DNA of 64,000 nucleotides from a virus (taxonomy: Duplodnaviria; Caudoviricetes): the IMG/VR virus record IMGVR_UViG_3300010352_001202; one strand, written 5' to 3'. Numbering within the stretch: the stretch's first letter is position 1; every line of letters starts with the position of its first letter. Shown in pieces: positions 44,655-51,939 of this stretch. Under the pieces are notes generated by a model. The model was not told the DNA's origin and searched no databases. It saw only the letters and a program-made list of their open reading frames with translations. A program made the translations under genes and the position numbers.

Positions 44655-45614
44655 AAAAAAGCATTATTGGTTGGTATCAATTATGTAGGCACAGGACATG
44701 AATTAAAGGGATGTATCAATGACTCCCATAACATGCATAACTTCCTTGCCGCTCGCGGATTTACAGATATTAAGATGCTGCAAGAAGAGGCAGCAACCAC
44801 AGATGGTATCAAAGCAGGATTAGAATGGCTAACATCGGGCGTAACTCCTGGTGATGTTATTGTTTTCCACTATAGTGGACATGGTTCTCAATTACCAAGC
44901 TCAACAGAAGCAGATGGATTTGAAGAAATTATTTGTCCAGTTGATTTAAACTGGATGGATAAGGTAATCACTGATGATACACTTAGACAAGCATTCAATA
45001 AGGTACCAAACGGCGTAAACACCACTGTTATTTTAGATTGCTGCCACTCAGGCACAATGTTGGATCAGACTGAAAGTCTAAATGCAACAAAAACTATGGT
45101 AGAAGCACCGAAGGTTGCTAAAAAAGTAAAAGGTGCTCGTTATTTGAAACCACCAGCAAAGGTTGCCAACAAATTAAAGACAAGATCTCTTGTTGATTGG
45201 AGAGCAAGCCGCGATGTTAATGAAAGTGCATTGCTTATTGCAGGTTGCCATGCCGACCAAACATCGGCCGATGCAGTTATAAACGGTTCTCCACAGGGTG
45301 CAGCAACAGCAGCATTATTAAGATCAGCCATGGCAAATCCTGGCATTTCTTATAAACAGCTTGTAACAGAAATGTGCGATTTCATGGTTGCTGGAAAATA
45401 TACACAGGTTCCGGAATTAGATGGTTCTCCGAGATTGTACGACGAAGTTTTTATTGAGCCATTTAAGGTATCTGTTCCTGTTACGCCAGTGGAGCCTGTT
45501 GTTACACCAACAGAATCCGTAACACCACCTGCAGATTCGGGTAAAAAGAACAATTTGGCCATAATAGGTGGAGTAATTTTGGCGATTCTTGTTCTTATTT
45601 TGATGTTCAGCTAA
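44652..45614 (+). CDS. metacaspase (peptidase C14) with C-terminal TM anchor
   Basis: KKALLVGINY...LKGCIND, FHYSGHG, ILDCCHSG, GC..DQTSADA; hydrophobic C-terminus. Confidence 0.9.
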   Translation: MKKALLVGINYVGTGHELKGCINDSHNMHNFLAARGFTDIKMLQEEAATTDGIKAGLEWLTSGVTPGDVIVFHYSGHGSQLPSSTEADGFEEIICPVDLNWMDKVITDDTLRQAFNKVPNGVNTTVILDCCHSGTMLDQTESLNATKTMVEAPKVAKKVKGARYLKPPAKVANKLKTRSLVDWRASRDVNESALLIAGCHADQTSADAVINGSPQGAATAALLRSAMANPGISYKQLVTEMCDFMVAGKYTQVPELDGSPRLYDEVFIEPFKVSVPVTPVEPVVTPTESVTPPADSGKKNNLAIIGGVILAILVLILMFS

Positions 45615-45622
45615 AATACAGA

Positions 45623-45716
45623 GATAAATAAATTTGCAAAGTGCCCATGGTGGGGCTTTGCAATTTAGCGGTAAGATACCGCAATTTTTGACTTGCTACA
45701 AAAGGAGTACATTATG
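45623..45716 (+). promoter_or_regulatory. late box followed by ROSE-like RNA thermometer leader
   Basis: Two hairpins, then CTTGCT positioned to pair with SD AGGAG, upstream of an sHSP gene. Confidence 0.65.
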
Positions 45717-46142
45717 TCAAGACACGACTTCAGCCGCCTCTTCGATCAGCTCGAGGCACTCAGCGTAGGATTTGGACCCGTCTTTAGGGATCTACAAAGC
45801 CCTACATCAAATTATCCCCCACACAATATCGTCTTTATAAATGATGGCAAGTTTCATCTCGAGCTCGCAGTTGCTGGTTTCAAGAAAGACGAAGTTACAA
45901 TGGAAGAGCACCAAGGATTGCTCACCATTAAGGGGGATAAAAAGCCGAACCTCGACGAAGTTGTAGAAGGGATGCCTACATACCAGTACCGTGGTATTGC
46001 ATCTCGTTCGTTCTCAAAGAGCTTCCGCATTGCGGAATACTTTGAAGTTAGCGACGCAACCATGGAAGATGGTATTTTGAAGGTTACATTCGTTAAGAAT
46101 GTGCCGGAAGAAGCCAAGCCTAAGCTAATCGCCATTAAGTGA
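45714..46142 (+). CDS. small heat shock protein (Hsp20/IbpA-like)
   Basis: NYPPHNI, LELAVAGF, YRGIASRSF...F, A.MEDGIL, PEEAKPKLIAI. Confidence 0.92.
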   Translation: MSRHDFSRLFDQLEALSVGFGPVFRDLQSPTSNYPPHNIVFINDGKFHLELAVAGFKKDEVTMEEHQGLLTIKGDKKPNLDEVVEGMPTYQYRGIASRSFSKSFRIAEYFEVSDATMEDGILKVTFVKNVPEEAKPKLIAIK

Positions 46143-46146
46143 TTTA

Positions 46147-46194
46147 TTGACGAGGGGCCCCGGGTCGTGTAAAATATTAACTACACACCCGGGG
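46147..46194 (+). promoter_or_regulatory. sigma70-type promoter TTGACG-17-TAAAAT inside an inverted repeat covering the SD
   Basis: CCCCGGGT(C)GTGTA ... TACACACCCGGGG. Confidence 0.7.
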
Positions 46195-46203
46195 ATTTAG
46201 AAA

Positions 46204-46512
46204 ATGCCAACAGAAATCGAAGTCATTGAAAAAATTGACGAGACAATCAAAGTACAGATTCCTAAGATGTACAAAGTCTTGTTGCACAACGACGACAAGA
46301 CAACCTTCGATTTTGTTATCATGGTTCTTGTGCAGATTTTCCACAAATCTGTTGAAGATGCCATCGAGGTTACGAAGGCAATTCATGTTAGCGGGCAAGG
46401 AGTTGCTGGCGCACCGTATACGCACGAAGTGGCGCAGGAAAAGACGATGGAGACAATCAACTTTTCCAGAGCTAATGGTTTCCCATTAACTGCTACATTC
46501 GAAGAACTATAA
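46204..46512 (+). CDS. clpS: N-degron adaptor ClpS
   Basis: PKMYKVLLHNDDKTTFDFV..VL..IF, IH..G.GVAG, YT.EVA..K, FPL. Confidence 0.9.
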   Translation: MPTEIEVIEKIDETIKVQIPKMYKVLLHNDDKTTFDFVIMVLVQIFHKSVEDAIEVTKAIHVSGQGVAGAPYTHEVAQEKTMETINFSRANGFPLTATFEEL

Positions 46513-46547
46513 AAACCATAAATATCTCGTAGAGATACGGGAAATCA

Positions 46548-47588
46548 ATGTCAACAACTATAATTCCAATAAAAGCATTTCTAGGAAAATATTACTCAGA
46601 ACTACTTTATTCAGCATCCCAGGACAAGTATAAAAACACTGGGTTAGATAATTTCTTTGAGCAGCGTTTCTATATTCAGAATAACAAAGTTCAAATGATA
46701 ATTGATCCCGGATTGACGGGAATGGTAGTGAGTATCTGCGGAAATGAGATTCACATTAGTAAGGAATTTTACGATCATCCGAATGTAGTGGTCTCAAATT
46801 CCTTAGAGAATAGCAATCAGGTTACAAACCCTCGTAACTTGTATAATCCGGAGACATTCTCCACACTGGCGTATCTTGTATGCCAGAATCATACTACCTT
46901 CCAAATTATAGGTGAGATTGACGAGCCTATCTATGTTCGATATAAATCGGATTTTGAGACATTCTACAATTCTGTTGTGGTATTTAATATATCCAACGAT
47001 GTCGAGGTAGAGATTGTAGAGGAAATAGAAAGTTTCAGTGCGCTGAATGCAGTAACCAATTACATACTGTATCCAAGTGCTAAACTAAATCTTTCAACCT
47101 TCTACGAGAATCACCGTTCTGCTATTTCCTTTTGCTATAGAAATATTATTGTTCAGGATAATGCATCCTTTAACCATATTTTGTTTGGCAAGGGTTCATC
47201 AAACGCAATCGACGAGAATAGAATACGCTGTGGCAGCGGAGCAGCATCTGAATTACTAGGTGTTGTTAATTCAAGTGGGCAGCATTTTCATTCTATCTTG
47301 TATGTCGAGCCGAGTGCTCCGGATTACAAGATTTCTGTAAACTACAGGGATATTTTAGAAAGAAAATCCGATGTTAGTTTCTTCCCTGTTATTACAGGAC
47401 AAACACCGACAGGCGATGCCGCATCAATCGAGGTCTCGAATATCTCATTAGATGATATTCCTGCCGATAAGGTAGAATCAGAAATAAAGCAGTACATTGC
47501 TGATATTGTAGAAAGAGCAACGCTTGCGAGAATGGTTGGTGTAGAACGGTTCTACAATAATAAATCAAAGTTTCTACATTTTCCATAA
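46548..47588 (+). CDS. SufD/SufB-like beta-helix protein (divergent)
   Basis: F..LAY, EPIYV, VEVEIVEE, NAVTNY.L...AKL pattern of the SufBD core; late box CATAAATA at 46517. Confidence 0.55.
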   Translation: MSTTIIPIKAFLGKYYSELLYSASQDKYKNTGLDNFFEQRFYIQNNKVQMIIDPGLTGMVVSICGNEIHISKEFYDHPNVVVSNSLENSNQVTNPRNLYNPETFSTLAYLVCQNHTTFQIIGEIDEPIYVRYKSDFETFYNSVVVFNISNDVEVEIVEEIESFSALNAVTNYILYPSAKLNLSTFYENHRSAISFCYRNIIVQDNASFNHILFGKGSSNAIDENRIRCGSGAASELLGVVNSSGQHFHSILYVEPSAPDYKISVNYRDILERKSDVSFFPVITGQTPTGDAASIEVSNISLDDIPADKVESEIKQYIADIVERATLARMVGVERFYNNKSKFLHFP

Positions 47589-47635
47589 ATACTTTAGAGT
47601 TTTCTTTTGTTAATTTAATGCGAGGTTAAAATAAA

Positions 47636-47962
47636 ATGTTCAAAATTACAGATCTTCTTTCACTTGGCACAGAGTATACTGTCGCAGATACAAAAGGAAA
47701 CATTCTAGACTCGATACAGGTAATCCCGCATACCGAAATCTTAGAAGCAGCATTAGGCCCATACACTGATGACTTCGGCGGATATGCAAATTACCTTGAA
47801 AAATCAATTGCTGTATTGTCCGGATTTGATGAGATTGATTACAGCAAGGTTTACTGGTACGCAACGGAAGACGAAGAAGTCATTCTAGCCGATATTATCG
47901 AATATGCTGTTAAGAACGGATACGATAAAATCATCCTCGAACATCTTGAACCTACTGAGTAA
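47636..47962 (+). CDS. acidic hypothetical protein
   Basis: 108-aa ORF, SD GAGGT, late box CATAAATA at 47584. Confidence 0.7.
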   Translation: MFKITDLLSLGTEYTVADTKGNILDSIQVIPHTEILEAALGPYTDDFGGYANYLEKSIAVLSGFDEIDYSKVYWYATEDEEVILADIIEYAVKNGYDKIILEHLEPTE

Positions 47963-47974
47963 ATCAGTTATACT
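47946..47974 (+). promoter_or_regulatory. sigma70-type promoter TTGAAC-17-TATACT
   Basis: Predicted +1 coincides with the first base of the tRNA-like element. Confidence 0.6.
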
Positions 47975-47980
47975 TATAGA

Positions 47981-48119
47981 GCCCTATTAGCTCAGAAAAA
48001 CGAACAGCCTCTAGACACAAGGTGGCGCCGCCGGCTCAATGTCGTTCTAGTTACATTTAGAGCACCCGTTTGATAAGCGGAAGGTCGGTGGTTTGAAGTG
48101 TTACATCATGGGGGCACCA
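47981..48119 (+). tRNA. atypical tRNA-Ile(GAT)-like RNA with a 66-nt D-loop and altered T-arm
   Basis: GCCCTAT-TA-GCTC...GAGC-A-CCCGT-TTGATAA-GCGGA-AGGTC-GGTGG-TTTGAAG...ATGGGGGC-ACCA. Confidence 0.6.
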
Positions 48120-48124
48120 ATTTT

Positions 48125-48313
48125 ATGGAACAAGAATCATTCATTTGTGTTTGGATAGGCGAAGGCGAAGGTTGCCGCCATCCTTCGATGTATGGTAAAT
48201 CCTATTGTGAGGTACACTATGATAGAATGTACCTCACAATGCCACCCGAGATGGCAAATTATATCTTAGAAAAAGAGCTCAAAGCTACCATTGACAACAA
48301 TGACAAGCCATAA
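48125..48313 (+). CDS. small Cys/His Zn-binding protein (GcrA C-terminal-like spacing)
   Basis: CVWIG....C......G.SYC..H...Y. Confidence 0.6.
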   Translation: MEQESFICVWIGEGEGCRHPSMYGKSYCEVHYDRMYLTMPPEMANYILEKELKATIDNNDKP

Positions 48314-48319
48314 TATAAT
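48291..48319 (+). promoter_or_regulatory. perfect sigma70 consensus promoter TTGACA-17-TATAAT
   Basis: Upstream of DNA ligase. Confidence 0.85.
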
Positions 48320-48339
48320 AGTGGCAACAAAGGACACAC

Positions 48340-49710
48340 ATGAGCATTCTGAAGATTCTGGAAGACATCGGCTCCGACACCAAGCGCGGGCACAAGCTTG
48401 CACTCATCGAGCAGCATAAAAGCAATAAACAATTTATGCAGGTGGTGAAGCTTGCACTGGATCCATATGTCAACTTCTATATCAGAAAAATCCCCGACCA
48501 TACATTCCGATTCCTCAGCGGATCCGATGACAGTCACAAGACCCTCGACTGGGCACTGGCTGAACTTGACAAGTTGTCGTCTAGACAACTCACTGGCAAC
48601 GCAGGTATTGAGCATCTTAGCCGTATTCTGTCTGAGCTTGATAGTGATGACGCCACTGTTATTAAGCGGATTATTGGTAAAGATCTGCGCTGTGGCATGG
48701 CGGACGGTATCGTCAATGCTGTCGTAGAAGGATTTATCCCTAGCTACCCGTGTTTGCTTGCTCGTCCTTACGATGCGAAAAACATCAAGAACATTACCTA
48801 TCCTGCGTACAGCCAATTGAAGGCAGACGGCCTCCGTGCAAACGGCATTGTTGAAGGCACCAAGGTTACTTTGTGTGGTCGTAGCGGTCGTGAAATCGAC
48901 ATGCTCGGACACATGGAACCTGAGCTGATTGAACTTGCTCAGCAATTTTCCTACCATTGCGTTTTCGACGGCGAATTCGTTGTTGTCGACCAAAACGGTA
49001 AGGTCATTGATAGAAAGACCGGCAACGGCATTATCAACAAGGCAATCAAGGGCACTATTTCCGACGAGGAAGCACGCCAAATTCGTTTCCAGCTGTGGGA
49101 TGTCATTCCCTTGGAAGAATTTAAGAAGGGTGTTTCCAAGCAAAAGTACAAAGACCGCTTTGAAGCACTTATCAAGGCAGTAAACGCTGTACAAAAGACC
49201 GGCGAGGATGCACTTGCGGAAAAACTGAAGGGACACACCGGTAAGTTCTGGGTTATTCCTTACCGCATTGTCAATAATCTGGAAGAAGGTGAAGCTCACT
49301 TCCAGGAATTGCTGGGTCTGGGATACGAAGGTACCATCCTGAAGAATTACTGTGCTCTCTGGGAAGATTCGCGCAGTAAGCACCTGGTGAAGATGAAAGC
49401 TGAGAAAGACTGTGATCTTGAAATCACTGGCTATAATCCCGGCACTGGTAAGTTTGAGGATATGGTTGGTAGCTTGCAAATGGCAAGCAGTGATAGATTG
49501 GTTGAAGTATCTATTAGCGGCTTCTCGGATGATTTGCGCCAGTGGATTACCGACAACATTGATGATTTGATTGGCACAATTGCTGCTGTCACTTATAATG
49601 AGCGCATCAAGAGTAGAGACAGGCCGAATGTAGATTCCCTGTTCCTGCCGCGATTTGCAGAATTCAGGACTGATAAGACTGTTGCTAACTCAAGTAAGGA
49701 AATCAAGTAA
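48340..49710 (+). CDS. ATP-dependent DNA ligase (gp30-like)
   Basis: QLKADGLR (motif I), FDGE, LWD, YEGTILK, VKMKAE, OB domain SLFLPRF. Confidence 0.95.
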   Translation: MSILKILEDIGSDTKRGHKLALIEQHKSNKQFMQVVKLALDPYVNFYIRKIPDHTFRFLSGSDDSHKTLDWALAELDKLSSRQLTGNAGIEHLSRILSELDSDDATVIKRIIGKDLRCGMADGIVNAVVEGFIPSYPCLLARPYDAKNIKNITYPAYSQLKADGLRANGIVEGTKVTLCGRSGREIDMLGHMEPELIELAQQFSYHCVFDGEFVVVDQNGKVIDRKTGNGIINKAIKGTISDEEARQIRFQLWDVIPLEEFKKGVSKQKYKDRFEALIKAVNAVQKTGEDALAEKLKGHTGKFWVIPYRIVNNLEEGEAHFQELLGLGYEGTILKNYCALWEDSRSKHLVKMKAEKDCDLEITGYNPGTGKFEDMVGSLQMASSDRLVEVSISGFSDDLRQWITDNIDDLIGTIAAVTYNERIKSRDRPNVDSLFLPRFAEFRTDKTVANSSKEIK

Positions 49711-49859
49711 TGGAAAAGTTTGGAGCTATTGTATTAGGCATTTTCTTTGTATGTATGTTTGGTGGCCTTGCCCTTGAGCAACATCAGAAAAACGAATGCC
49801 GCATAGAAGCAATCAAGGCAAATAAGTCTGCTGACGATATTGCAAGAATTTGTAAGTAA
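49710..49859 (+). CDS. 49-aa membrane-anchored microprotein (below ORF-track cutoff)
   Basis: MEKFGAIVLGIFFVCMFGGLALEQHQKNECRIEAIKANKSADDIARICK*; TAATG coupling, SD TAAGGA. Confidence 0.7.
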   Translation: MEKFGAIVLGIFFVCMFGGLALEQHQKNECRIEAIKANKSADDIARICK

Positions 49860-49894
49860 CTGGTAGCACTGTGCTATCAGCACAGGAGTTTATC

Positions 49895-50530
49895 ATGTTT
49901 ACTAAATATCCGAGAACATTCCATCTCCCTTGGAGTCCCGGATTTACCGATGACGACAAGGTCCTAACGGACCTTTCGTGTTTTGTTGGTAAGCGTGTTA
50001 TCGGCACCAAGAAAATGGATGGCGAAAACACTACCGGATACAGCAACGGGTATGTCCATGCTCGTAGTATTGACAGTCGTGGCGGTGTAGACAGGGACTG
50101 GGTCAAGCAGTTGTGGGCAGGTATAGCACACAATATGCCCGAAAACTGGCGAATTTGCGGTGAGAACCTTTGGGCTCGTCACTCGATTGCTTACGCAGAC
50201 CTGCCGTCGTATTTTATGGCATTTTCCATTTGGGACGAGACAAACATTTGCCTAGGTTGGGATGATTCTGTTCAGTATTTTGACTTGTTAGGTATTGAGC
50301 ATGTTCCTGTCATCTATGATGACATCTGGGATGAGGCAAAAATCCGCAAGTTACACGAAGGATTGTCTCCTACTGACGATGAGGGTTTTGTTATTCGCCT
50401 TGCAGGTAGCTTCCATTACGATGATTTTGGAAAAAGTGTTGCAAAATATGTTCGTAAAGGACATGTGCAGACCGGCAGCATTCACTGGCGTCATCAATCA
50501 ATTGTTCAAAACGGTCTCGTAGATAAATAA
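49895..50530 (+). CDS. RNA ligase family protein
   Basis: KYPRTFHLPWSPG, TKKMDGEN, ICGEN, EGFVIR, AKYVR. Confidence 0.85.
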   Translation: MFTKYPRTFHLPWSPGFTDDDKVLTDLSCFVGKRVIGTKKMDGENTTGYSNGYVHARSIDSRGGVDRDWVKQLWAGIAHNMPENWRICGENLWARHSIAYADLPSYFMAFSIWDETNICLGWDDSVQYFDLLGIEHVPVIYDDIWDEAKIRKLHEGLSPTDDEGFVIRLAGSFHYDDFGKSVAKYVRKGHVQTGSIHWRHQSIVQNGLVDK

Positions 50531-50533
50531 TTG

Positions 50534-51385
50534 ATGATTGTTTACATACTTTCAGATCTCGGTATCCCGTTTTATGTGGGTAAAGGCTCATCGAAAGATA
50601 GAGCCTATTCTCATGAGAAATATGCCATAACAAATAGTGTGGAAGATCTTGGGTATGGTTTATTGAAAGACTATAATCCAAGGAAAACTCGAAAGATTAG
50701 AAAAATACTTAGAGAAAATCGCTGTATTGAATATAATATTATTGAATGTGATACCGAATCGACTGCATTTGATTTAGAGATTGAATTAATCAAGAAATAT
50801 GGACGCAAAGGCATTGATAAAGACGGGATACTAACAAATATTCATCCGGGTGGGACAGGTGGAGATGTTTATTCTACCTTATCGGAAATAAGAAAGATAG
50901 AGATGATGGCAAAGCGTCGTAGGACTTTGGATAATCTTCCAGACGAAGTAAAAGAAGAAAGAAGTAGAAATAGATCTATATTGACTAAACAGATGATGGA
51001 TAATATGTCTGAGAAGCAAAGAAAAGAACGATCAGATAAGATATCAAAAAGTCGTGTCGGAGTAAAATTAGGACCGTCTCCAAAGAGGGGTAAACCTGCT
51101 ACCGGTGGAAATGCAAAAGGCACGAGGCAAGCTTGGAATAAAGATATAGATAAAAATTCTAAATTAGCAATAAATCATAGACAGAAATGCAGAGAATATC
51201 AAGAAAATATAGATCCAGAGGAAAAAGGAAGAACGCCTTATAAATTGATTTCCCCGGCTGGTGATATTGTAGAAGGTAAGAATCCGAGATTATTAATGGA
51301 AAAATACAATCTTGGGCAGAGAGTTATGGATTTGATTACAGGAAAGAAAGATCAATATAAAGGATGGAGAAGATATCATGGGTGA
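50534..51385 (+). mobile_element. GIY-YIG-like homing endonuclease
   Basis: VYIL...PFYVGKG...RA..H, E.ELIKKYGR, LTN..PGG.GG; basic helical C-terminal region; late box at 50522-50529. Confidence 0.75.
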
Positions 51386-51830
51386 AGCCAAAATTAGAAA
51401 AAAAGAAATTGAAATGCTAAAATCTCGTAGTAAAGGATTGGAGTTAGCTAATCTAAATTCGACACCCGAGGAACTCGAGACAAAACTGACAGAAATCGGA
51501 TCGGGCGTAGTAAGAAACATAACTCATCCGTTCGGGGATTATATAAAGAATGGTCTACCAGCAGCAGAAACGAGAAATAACAGGTGCTATGACTTAACAA
51601 GATGGCTAAAATCTCAGATTCCGGGCACAACTTGGGCGAGTTGGCAATGCAATGTAATCGACGGTGAAGTTCGTATGACAAAATATGCCGATAATATCAG
51701 ATCAGGTCATTCATGGATAGAATTTATCGATGGAGAAAATGAATTTTGTTTTGATGTTGTACAAGCTATCACGGCTGAGAAGAATGATTATTATAGAGCC
51801 TTTGATATCACGAATGCTAAGGTAGTGTAA
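51378..51830 (+). CDS. hypothetical protein (possible transglutaminase-like C...H...D arrangement)
   Basis: RCYD...GHSWIE...CFD. Confidence 0.55.
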   Translation: MGEAKIRKKEIEMLKSRSKGLELANLNSTPEELETKLTEIGSGVVRNITHPFGDYIKNGLPAAETRNNRCYDLTRWLKSQIPGTTWASWQCNVIDGEVRMTKYADNIRSGHSWIEFIDGENEFCFDVVQAITAEKNDYYRAFDITNAKVV

Positions 51831-51856
51831 TCCATTTTAAGATTATGTTACGCCAC

Positions 51857-51881
51857 AAAAGGCACTCCGGTGCCTTTTTTA
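51857..51881. terminator. Rho-independent terminator (symmetric A/T flanks)
   Basis: AAAAGGCAC-TCCG-GTGCCTTTT. Confidence 0.85.
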
Positions 51882-51939
51882 ATGGCCGTAAAGACCGTAG
51901 ACCTTGATAAATAAGTACATTGAATAGTCGAGGCTTTTG

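Noticed and set aside
48098-48124. ORF-track GTG start at 48098
   Set aside because: Lies within the 3' end of the tRNA-like element; ATG 48125 preferred.
48259-49479. 406-aa antisense ORF
   Set aside because: Lies opposite the DNA ligase; no motifs or RBS; explained by codon bias of the sense gene.
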